Position numbers and translations under genes: made by a program. 64,000 nucleotides of DNA, from positions 124,001-188,000 of IMG/VR virus record IMGVR_UViG_3300020473_001965. One strand, written 5' to 3'. How positions within the stretch are numbered: position 1 is the first letter of the stretch; each line of letters starts with the position of its first letter. The notes under the pieces were generated by a model. The model did not search any database and was not told where the DNA came from. It was given only the letters and a program-made list of their open reading frames with translations. This document shows positions 17,604-25,305 of the stretch, one piece after another.

Positions 17604-17632
17604 ATTATATAGAATGTAGGGCTTTTGTTCAA
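17604..17632 (-). promoter_or_regulatory. sigma70-like promoter for the nei-like operon
   Basis: TTGAAC-N17-TATAAT followed by an AGGAG RBS. Confidence 0.75.
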
Positions 17633-18304
17633 ATGAATCGAATCATTATATCTGACACACATATCGGTACTAAATTTTATAGATCAAAAGCACTTCTCAA
17701 ATTCTTGCAAGAAAATCTCCATAAGTACGATGAACTAATCTTAGCAGGAGATATTATTGATTTTATTAAAATCCCTGTGTTTACAGAGCGCTGTCTTGAA
17801 ATATTGGAAAAAGCTCAGTCAGCAAAAAGAATTGTTTACGTCGTTGGAAATCATGATGAATCTCTAGTCGGTGTTATCGGAAAAAAAGTAATGGGGGTTG
17901 AGTTTGTCAAGAGATATGAGTTCGAAGAAGATGGTAGAAAGTTTAGAGTAGAGCATGGTGATGCTTATGACAAAGGCGTTCTTCATAACCGAATCTTTGT
18001 CAAGTTTCTTTCCGTCATTCAAAACATGCTTGAGTTTACATTTAACTTTGACTTCACATCTTGGTGGACAGCAATTCAGATTAAAAAGCACAAGCTAAGA
18101 TCGATTATTCATATCCTTAGGCACAATCCGAAAATCGATGTCTTTATTATGGGTCACACACACATACCCGAAGCTTTAATCTGGGTTGATGAAGATCAGA
18201 ATATAAAAACCTACATTAACTCAGGCGACTGGGTCACTCACCAGACCTATGTTACCATTGAAGAGGGGGTTGCGAGACTTAGGAAGTTCGAAGATCAGGA
18301 GTAG
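17633..18304 (+). CDS. Calcineurin-like metallophosphoesterase (LpxH / UDP-2,3-diacylglucosamine hydrolase-like)
   Basis: ISDTHIG, GDIID, GNHD, EHGD, MGHTH, NSGDW. The real start is probably the ATG at 17633. Confidence 0.85.
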   Translation: MNRIIISDTHIGTKFYRSKALLKFLQENLHKYDELILAGDIIDFIKIPVFTERCLEILEKAQSAKRIVYVVGNHDESLVGVIGKKVMGVEFVKRYEFEEDGRKFRVEHGDAYDKGVLHNRIFVKFLSVIQNMLEFTFNFDFTSWWTAIQIKKHKLRSIIHILRHNPKIDVFIMGHTHIPEALIWVDEDQNIKTYINSGDWVTHQTYVTIEEGVARLRKFEDQE

Positions 18305-18720
18305 TTATTCTTCAAAAAGTTGTGGTAATTTACTAGAGCCCCGTCTTTTGGTTCGACTTTTTTCCATTCTCCTAGACAAAAAATACGATATGCATCTGAG
18401 CCGTACTTTCCGATCCCATAGAGTACATCTGGTTGATCTTTCCAGTCTTTTTGCAGGTAATCCTTAGACATATCGACAAGGGCTTTAGAACGTCTCTGAG
18501 ACAACCCTAAGGGTTTTATCAGCGCTTCTATTTCAACTGGATTAGCACTTGCCATGGCTGATGGGTCTGGCCAGCGGCGCAAACACTCCCAAAAATAAGG
18601 TTCAGCTTGGACTCGCTTTGTTAGGTTGCAAAATATACAGACAACAAAGATCTTCCAGGGGTCTTCCCAAAGCTGTTCTTGAATTAGGTTGTAGGGTGAT
18701 TTAGGGGGTTCCCATCGCAT
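18295..18720 (-). CDS. MBD4-like HhH-GPD mismatch DNA glycosylase (catalytic domain only)
   Basis: WEPPKSPYNLIQEQLWEDPWK, LIKPLGL...R, LYGIGKYGSDAYRIFC..EWKKVEPKD..L..Y: a near-colinear match to the vertebrate MBD4 glycosylase domain as I recall it. Confidence 0.88.
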   Translation of the reverse strand: MRWEPPKSPYNLIQEQLWEDPWKIFVVCIFCNLTKRVQAEPYFWECLRRWPDPSAMASANPVEIEALIKPLGLSQRRSKALVDMSKDYLQKDWKDQPDVLYGIGKYGSDAYRIFCLGEWKKVEPKDGALVNYHNFLKNNYS

Positions 18721-18726
18721 GATACT

Positions 18727-18755
18727 ATTCTATCACTTCGCGACGTGCTTTACAT
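18727..18755 (-). promoter_or_regulatory. sigma70-like promoter, probably producing leaderless MBD4-like mRNA
   Basis: ATGTAA-N17-TAGAAT, only 6 nt before the ATG, with no SD. Confidence 0.6.
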
Positions 18756-19492
18756 CATTCTTCTGTTTCAGTATCTAATTTTTTTCTTGCCCAAACGATG
18801 CTTTTTCCCGGATGTTTTTTATTTCTCGATTTTTTCTTCGCTGCGCCCGGGCGAGTCCAGCCTCTAGAATTGACAAACTTGTTTAAGATTTCTTTTTTGA
18901 GTTTATCATCACCGTGATACCACATCCAGTACAGGGAATCTTTTATGTCTGTCAGCTTCTTTTCAAGACCCTTGCACTTGTTATTGAGTATGTCATAAAC
19001 ATCTTTTTCTTCAGGTAGGCTTAGCCCCATATCAAGTGCTTCCATTACAAGAATAGAATAATCTCCAGAAGCGTATGCTTCTGTTACTCTCGTATACACC
19101 TTAGTTTTTTTAATCTTTTCGTCAGGGCTGCAATTTATCAGCCTATCTGGATGTGTTTTTAAAGTTATTTTTCTATAGATTTTTTTCGCCCAATCAGGTA
19201 CGACAATACTGGGTTTTTCACTTTCTTGTTCTTTGTCTATCAAGGCAGGATCGTCGGATGATGCTTTGGCTGAATTCGGGTCTTGATCCAGGGTATTTGT
19301 TGACGATTTTCCCTCATTGGCTCTGCCAAAATCATTATCGAGTACCGGATCATGAACATTTAACTCTGCTTGAATTTTTCTTATCTCACCATCAAGCTCA
19401 AGTTTTGCAATCGAAACTATTTCTTCTGCTTCTTCGACAGATGCCTTAAGATACTTTGCCTTGTAGGCATACTTCTTTGTCTTGTTCACCAC
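18755..19492 (-). CDS. J-domain-containing protein
   Basis: KKIYRKITLKTHPDRL...Y..VTEAY (HPD motif), flanked by coiled coils. Confidence 0.75.
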   Translation of the reverse strand: MVNKTKKYAYKAKYLKASVEEAEEIVSIAKLELDGEIRKIQAELNVHDPVLDNDFGRANEGKSSTNTLDQDPNSAKASSDDPALIDKEQESEKPSIVVPDWAKKIYRKITLKTHPDRLINCSPDEKIKKTKVYTRVTEAYASGDYSILVMEALDMGLSLPEEKDVYDILNNKCKGLEKKLTDIKDSLYWMWYHGDDKLKKEILNKFVNSRGWTRPGAAKKKSRNKKHPGKSIVWARKKLDTETEE

Positions 19493-19502
19493 TTGAGCAC
19501 AT

Positions 19503-19724
19503 CTAATCTTGCTCTTTCAACAGCTTCAACAGCCTCTGTGCAATATCAACAGGCCACCATACGAATTTGATCATGGTTCCCGAATAAAATTCTGCTTCTT
19601 TAGCTGCAGAGGCGGCTGCGGCGCGGTCTCGAGATAACGATTTCCTTCTAACTGCTGCTTCGTATAACATAAAATTCATTACAAAATGAACAGCAGCTCC
19701 TGAGAGGTATAAGTTTAAAAACAT
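19503..19724 (-). CDS. Small hypothetical, possibly membrane, protein
   Basis: Hydrophobic N-terminus and a VWWP motif. Confidence 0.5.
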   Translation of the reverse strand: MFLNLYLSGAAVHFVMNFMLYEAAVRRKSLSRDRAAAASAAKEAEFYSGTMIKFVWWPVDIAQRLLKLLKEQD

Positions 19725-19731
19725 GTTTTAT

Positions 19732-20229
19732 TCACCTAGCTTTTCTTTCTTCTAACATTTCGATCAGCTTTTTCTTCTGAGAATTAGAAAGCTTTGCAAT
19801 ATCAATTGATCGTGCCTTCTTCGTCTTGCTGGATTCTTTCTTTTCTTCAGCAATTACACTTGCTTTCTTTGGGGCACTAACTATTGATGCCGAAGCCTTC
19901 ATTTTTGTCTTCTGTTTTCTAGTTACAGCTTCTGCTGTTACTTTTACAGATTGTTTAAAATTGGCATTAAAAGTTAGAGGTACAAAGATTCTATCATCAA
20001 CTAGCACCTCAAGGTGTGCTTGATAGTTTCCCTCTGTTAGATTACTCTTCATTGTTGGTATAGAAACTGATACCTCACCGTCAGTAGACACATCACCATT
20101 AAACACGTAAGAAAAATCATTTTTCTCTAGCATTAGTCTGCATCTGGCGGTGCCTTGATTGGTTCCTTCTACAACAACCTTGAAAAGTAATTCGTTATCG
20201 TTGTCTAAGTGTAGATCGATTGTATCCAT
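19732..20229 (-). CDS. Hypothetical protein (beta-rich N-terminal domain, Lys-rich tail), possibly virion
   Basis: ORF with AAGGA RBS and an upstream ATATTTA motif. Confidence 0.6.
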   Translation of the reverse strand: MDTIDLHLDNDNELLFKVVVEGTNQGTARCRLMLEKNDFSYVFNGDVSTDGEVSVSIPTMKSNLTEGNYQAHLEVLVDDRIFVPLTFNANFKQSVKVTAEAVTRKQKTKMKASASIVSAPKKASVIAEEKKESSKTKKARSIDIAKLSNSQKKKLIEMLEERKAR

Positions 20230-20232
20230 ATT

Positions 20233-20586
20233 TTAATCCTTGAGAATTTTAATTCTGTCTATAAATATCTTGACAACGGGCTTAGTTACAGTCACTTCAG
20301 CAAAATCAGAAACTTTAACTGCTGTCTCTACACTCTCGTTATAAGCTTTTTTAACTGATGACCACGTGGGGTTGATTATTCGCTCTCCGTTTACTGCTAT
20401 TAGTGCTGCCTTTACAACAAACTCGTCATAGAGTTCTTCGGCTTTTTCTGACGCTCTTGTCCCACCCTTTACTAAAGCAGCTCGAGCTTTGGTGGCTGCT
20501 TCTTTGGCAGCTTCAGTTACCTTTTTTCCGAAGCCTCGCGTGACTATTGTACTGTTCTCTCCGAAGCCTCGCGAAACAATGTTCAC
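20233..20586 (-). CDS. Hypothetical protein with N-terminal IV[ST]RGFG duplication
   Basis: GTG start overlaps the upstream TAG. Confidence 0.55.
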   Translation of the reverse strand: MNIVSRGFGENSTIVTRGFGKKVTEAAKEAATKARAALVKGGTRASEKAEELYDEFVVKAALIAVNGERIINPTWSSVKKAYNESVETAVKVSDFAEVTVTKPVVKIFIDRIKILKD

Positions 20587-21017
20587 TAATCAAGCCTTTG
20601 TCTCTCAAAGACGCTTTCAACAGAAGGCGAGCCATCAGACCCTGACATCCCAAATGTTGCAATCACTGTGGAATTATCATTTTTATAAAACGTCATTGTT
20701 TTATTAGTTGAATCTAATTTCCACCTTCCGCCCTCGATACTATTGATAAAGTCTATTTGTTCTGGTTGCGGATTATACTCTTCTGTCGCATATGCTGGTG
20801 AAGATTCTCCAGTGTCCCACAGTATAGAGCCACTAAAGTTTGCAGAAAAGTAGATACTTGCGCTGTAAATTCCTGTCCCAGCTAAAAGCTCCCCTACGCC
20901 AGATGTTATCCTTGACCCGCTTAACGTTCCTGCTGAGTCGAGAAGGCGATATCCTACAGTTGAGAGACCCGTTTTTCCTGGCCCAAAATTAGCATTTTTG
21001 ACAAGCTTAATTGGCAT
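20586..21017 (-). CDS. Hypothetical, probably virion, protein
   Basis: Gly/Ser-rich beta protein with SGS motifs like the adjacent fibre proteins. Confidence 0.6.
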   Translation of the reverse strand: MPIKLVKNANFGPGKTGLSTVGYRLLDSAGTLSGSRITSGVGELLAGTGIYSASIYFSANFSGSILWDTGESSPAYATEEYNPQPEQIDFINSIEGGRWKLDSTNKTMTFYKNDNSTVIATFGMSGSDGSPSVESVFERQRLD

Positions 21018-21560
21018 TCACTCACCTTCTTCTACTGTTTGCCCAGTTTGTTCTTCTTTATCACTAACTATATCTTCAAACTGGCGTTTTGCCTTGAGAG
21101 TGTGTGGTCGTTCACCTAAAGCCCTCTTATCAAGGTTCACACCTGACTCTGCTTTAGTCAACAGTTCTCTTTGGTTGACGAGCATTGCCTCTTTACTCTT
21201 GACTTTCTCAGCCAGCGTTGATGACATGTCATTTAAAACAACGTACTTACCCTGGGTCATTCCTGCGACTTTCGATACACTAGCTACTTCTCTAGAAATT
21301 GCTTGTCTGACAGTTGTTATCAAGTCAAAAAAATCTGAAATTAAATTTTCACTATTCTTTAAATCTAGATTTATTAAACCTACATCAAGTGTAGACGATA
21401 CTTTGTTTAAAGATTTTATCACTTGAGCCGATGACTTATCGACCTCTACTGCATTTTGATAATTAGCTTCCAAACTTTCTTTGATCATGCTTTCAGCCTC
21501 TACCAGGCCTTTTACTTCACCTTCAGAATTTAAAATAAAATCTAAAACTTTCTCTCTCAT
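21018..21560 (-). CDS. Hypothetical coiled-coil protein
   Basis: Helical composition; likely start ATG at 21560 (GGGGA RBS); TATAAT elements upstream. Confidence 0.6.
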   Translation of the reverse strand: MREKVLDFILNSEGEVKGLVEAESMIKESLEANYQNAVEVDKSSAQVIKSLNKVSSTLDVGLINLDLKNSENLISDFFDLITTVRQAISREVASVSKVAGMTQGKYVVLNDMSSTLAEKVKSKEAMLVNQRELLTKAESGVNLDKRALGERPHTLKAKRQFEDIVSDKEEQTGQTVEEGE

Positions 21561-21622
21561 TGCACGTTCCCCAAACACTAAGTTGTATTATAACATATTA
21601 TACACTAGAATGACATAGTATT

Positions 21623-21655
21623 AAAAAAAAAGGGTGCCCTCTTGCGAGGGCACCC
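21623..21655 (-). terminator. Rho-independent terminator after the 1046-aa virion protein
   Basis: GGGTGCCCTC-GCAA-GAGGGCACCC followed by T9 on the minus strand (perfect 10-bp stem, GNRA loop). Confidence 0.92.
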
Positions 21656-21681
21656 AGGTGTTTTAGGACGAATTCTAAGAA

Positions 21682-24600
21682 TTAGGCCTTAATTACGATT
21701 ACCTGATCTTCGTTCTCAAGAGCGAAGAAGAACGCAACTCTATCAGCACCTACGCCGTGAAGCTTGTAGTCACCATTAGTAGCTGCAGTTCCTGAAAGCA
21801 TCAACTGGCCATTGACGTAAACGTCGGTAGCAGAAGGGTTCTGTCCACCGTCGTGATCAAGACTGTTGTTAACTGTCAGTGGAACACCAGCTGTGTGCGA
21901 TCCAGTGATTGCAACATTAAACTTGCCACGAGTACCACCGCCTGCGAGATCATTGAGAGCTCCGACGATTGACTTGTTGGCGGCAAAGTTTGAGATGTAA
22001 TCAGTGTACTCACCTACTGAAACAGCGAGTGAGAGAGCACCACCAGTAATGTTTGCTGCACCCGAGAATGCATCACCAAACTGAATTTCAGCGTTGGCGA
22101 CGGAGCCCGTAAGAAGCAGGTTACCACCCTTGCTGTCGATTGTCAAAACGCCTGTCTCGTTAGTAATCGATGAAGCTGAGCCGTTGTGTGACAGCTTAAG
22201 GTCTCTTCCTGTACCTGCACCCAAGAGTGTGTTATCAGGTACTCCAACGAAGTTGTTAGCAGAGTTGACAGTGAAGAGCAACGCATCAGAAGCATTCTTG
22301 ATTTCAAGAGCATCAGCATCAGAGTCTGAAACGATTATATCGCGGGATCCTTGCATATCAAGGTTGGCATCCAAGTCAAGAAGTTGACTTACTAGCACCT
22401 TCTCACTACCGTTTGATGTGATAGCAGCGATGTAGTTATTTGCACCCTCTTGGATAGCAAATGCCTGTGCGCTGTTATCAAGAATACCAATACGTGAAGT
22501 ACCTGAGAAGTGAGTATTGAGTCCACCTCCACCGTCCATCAAGAGTTGAGTATCTGCAACGAAGTGAAGAATACCATCAGCAACCTGCTGAATTCTAGTG
22601 TTGGCATCACCGAACTGAAGTTGCTTGTTACCGTTCAACAGAAGACCATTGTCAGGTACGTGAGTCAAACTTACATCTTGATCATCACCGAAGTTAAGAA
22701 CTGCAGAATCTGCAAGGAACAGATCTGACCAGTTGTTGTTAGCGCTACCAAGAGATGCACCATCATCATTCAGCGGGATAAGACCAGCTGTAGCGTTGAT
22801 AGTAACAGCACCGTTAGACTTGACTGCCAAGTTAACACCGGAAGATGCAATTCCCTTGTTGCTGCCATCGAACTGAAGTTCTCTGTTGTTGCCAAGGATT
22901 CGAATGTGAGCCGAACCTGAAAGTAGCGCTGCATCAGAATCTGATTCATCATACTCAATACCGAAGTTTAAGTCATTTCCGAACCAAACAACCTGGTTAT
23001 CAGCGAATCTCCAGTCTGCACCCGTCACGACAACTTTGTCTGCACTTGCTTCATCGTATGAGATAGTTCCGTCATTGTTACTACCAAATACAAGGCTCTT
23101 GTCGTCAGCCATCTGAAGACCGCTTCCGTTCATTGACATTACATCTGCGCCACCTGCTTCGAATGAGATTACGTCATCAGAAGGTGAGCGGATTGAAGTA
23201 TCGCCATCGAGGTCCAAGTCAATACGACCTTGGCCGTTTAGATCGATATCATCAACGAAGAGCTTACGCCAAGCAGTGCCATCAGCACCAAGGTCGTCAG
23301 CAGAGTCCCCACCAGGAAGAACGTTGTTACCAGCTGGATCGAGAACGATATCAGCAGCAGCAACAATTCTAACATTTGAAGAGTCAATGTCGATTTGGTT
23401 AGTTGCACCAGCAATCTGGAATGAGTCAGCGCGGAATGAGATATCAGATGTCATACTTGCAACAGATGTAATTGAGCCACTGTTCGGGTTAGCAATAGAA
23501 CCGATACCGAAAGCATTAGTATCGATACGGCCGAGTGCGACGTCAGGACGAGCAGCAGTAGCAGAGCCTGATGTGAAAAGGATACCGCTGTTAGAGTTAA
23601 GTGCTTGAGCACCTACACCCATAACGATAACTGGATCCTGAACAAGAAGGTTAGCTGTATCAAGCGTGGTTGTTGTTCCGTTAACTGTCAAATCACCTGG
23701 AACGGTGAGCGAACCAGCGATGGTAAACGCACCAGCAATTGTCATATCAGATAGAACGTGAACTGAATCAGCTCCCGATGAGCCACTTAACTCAATCTTT
23801 CCAGCAGAGGCTGAAAGGACGAGGTTTCCTGCATTAGCAACAAACTTTGAAGCAGCACCACCAGTTAGCTCAACAGCACCACCAGCATTGTGAGTAGAAG
23901 CGCCAGTTACATCAATATCAAGAATACCCGCGTCGACATCTACAATAGATCCGGCGTTAGCATCAGCGTCGATGTGAAGAGCAACTCCAGCAGTGTGAGC
24001 TGAGACTAGTGAAATGTGACCATCAGCAGAAGTCGTTGTTAAACTGATTTCGTCAGCGACATCGACGTCCATACCACCAGCTGAGGTTACTTTAAGTGCA
24101 TCTGCATCAGTTCCGTCAGCGTCTAGGATCAGAGAGTCATTACCTGCTTGAACAGTAACACCACCAGCAGTTGCGACAAGGCTGATAGCATCATCAGCTG
24201 TACCTGCTGTGTTTGTAAGTGAGACCTTCTCATTTGCAGGTGTACCGTGAGGGGTGAAGACCATCTCTACAGCACCGTTTTTACCGAGCTTGAGAGTCTG
24301 TCCGTCAGCAAGAATCGCACCCACTGTCATCGAGCCAGCTGAAGAGTCGATTGAAACCGCCCCTGAGCCGTCGATGTCAATAGCAGCAGCGTTAGCAACT
24401 GTTACGTTTCTATTGTCAGCAATGTTGAGGATTGAAACGCCACCTTCCTGAAGATCGACACCGGCTGCACCGTCAATTGTGAGAGCACCAGCAGCTGTAT
24501 CGATTTCCATGGCATCAGTAGCTTTAATATCACCTTCAAGGTGAAGATCTTGCCAAGCAGCAGATGCTGAACCTAAGTCGTAGGTGTCATCTGTTCCTGG

Positions 24601-24822
24601 AAGAAGGTTTTGATGAAATGTGCCTGCAGCTGATTCAGAGAATGACCCGGCGTGACCGTGAATTCTCTTAATAGATGAGGCTAAATGTGAGAGGACTACA
24701 TCAAGTGATCCAGCGCCAATAGATCCTGTTGCAAGTGCAGCTAACTGATCGTTAATCTGACCTGAACCATCACCGATTGATCCGGTTACTTGAGATAATC
24801 TCATTTGTGTTTTTGAAGCCAT
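21682..24822 (-). CDS. Large virion structural protein (tail fibre/whisker-like, 1046 aa)
   Basis: G/A/D/S-rich beta repeats; P..D...DLG....W..L motifs; GDLTVNGTTTT...L.V.DP.I fibre motif; strong terminator; C-terminal GSH..NGQL domain. Confidence 0.75.
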   Translation of the reverse strand: MASKTQMRLSQVTGSIGDGSGQINDQLAALATGSIGAGSLDVVLSHLASSIKRIHGHAGSFSESAAGTFHQNLLPGTDDTYDLGSASAAWQDLHLEGDIKATDAMEIDTAAGALTIDGAAGVDLQEGGVSILNIADNRNVTVANAAAIDIDGSGAVSIDSSAGSMTVGAILADGQTLKLGKNGAVEMVFTPHGTPANEKVSLTNTAGTADDAISLVATAGGVTVQAGNDSLILDADGTDADALKVTSAGGMDVDVADEISLTTTSADGHISLVSAHTAGVALHIDADANAGSIVDVDAGILDIDVTGASTHNAGGAVELTGGAASKFVANAGNLVLSASAGKIELSGSSGADSVHVLSDMTIAGAFTIAGSLTVPGDLTVNGTTTTLDTANLLVQDPVIVMGVGAQALNSNSGILFTSGSATAARPDVALGRIDTNAFGIGSIANPNSGSITSVASMTSDISFRADSFQIAGATNQIDIDSSNVRIVAAADIVLDPAGNNVLPGGDSADDLGADGTAWRKLFVDDIDLNGQGRIDLDLDGDTSIRSPSDDVISFEAGGADVMSMNGSGLQMADDKSLVFGSNNDGTISYDEASADKVVVTGADWRFADNQVVWFGNDLNFGIEYDESDSDAALLSGSAHIRILGNNRELQFDGSNKGIASSGVNLAVKSNGAVTINATAGLIPLNDDGASLGSANNNWSDLFLADSAVLNFGDDQDVSLTHVPDNGLLLNGNKQLQFGDANTRIQQVADGILHFVADTQLLMDGGGGLNTHFSGTSRIGILDNSAQAFAIQEGANNYIAAITSNGSEKVLVSQLLDLDANLDMQGSRDIIVSDSDADALEIKNASDALLFTVNSANNFVGVPDNTLLGAGTGRDLKLSHNGSASSITNETGVLTIDSKGGNLLLTGSVANAEIQFGDAFSGAANITGGALSLAVSVGEYTDYISNFAANKSIVGALNDLAGGGTRGKFNVAITGSHTAGVPLTVNNSLDHDGGQNPSATDVYVNGQLMLSGTAATNGDYKLHGVGADRVAFFFALENEDQVIVIKA

Positions 24823-24964
24823 TTGTTATTTTCCTTTTAGTTTATGTTTGTTTAGAATGATTTCTTACTAAACTACACGCTAACACTAACTGTCTTATTT
24901 AACCTAAACTAATAAACGAAATTAACTTAATTTTTAACTTAACGAAAACAAACGAAGCTGGGCT

Positions 24965-25192
24965 TCATTTCTTATATATCATCTTCTTTAGCAATCTTAT
25001 GTGATTGTCAAATTTTGAACACTCACTGTTAATAAAATCATACGCTAAAGAAATAGCCGATCCGTCTGAATCATCAAATTCAAACATGAATCTTCCATTG
25101 GCCGATGACTCTGCCTTTATTAACTTCAGGCCTTTCATGTGCAAGAAAGCAGCTGTGGCTAAGTCGGATGTTACAAAAGTTTTTTGAGCCAC
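24965..25192 (-). CDS. DUF5659-like small putative DNA-binding protein
   Basis: F.TSDLATAAFL...G.KL......F.FEF pattern; GAGGAG RBS before the GTG at 25192. Confidence 0.55.
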   Translation of the reverse strand: MAQKTFVTSDLATAAFLHMKGLKLIKAESSANGRFMFEFDDSDGSAISLAYDFINSECSKFDNHIRLLKKMIYKK

Positions 25193-25305
25193 TGGACCAG
25201 TCTCCTCGACTACAAAGTCATCAAAAATAAATATCAACTTAGTTCTAAATTTAACTTCTCAATACGACTGTCTTGATATCATATTGTCAATGAAAAGATG
25301 GACAC

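Noticed and set aside
17477-17632. N-terminal 52 aa of the plus-strand phosphoesterase ORF as called in the track
   Set aside because: It overlaps the nei gene and its promoter; the first catalytic motif begins right after the ATG at 17633.
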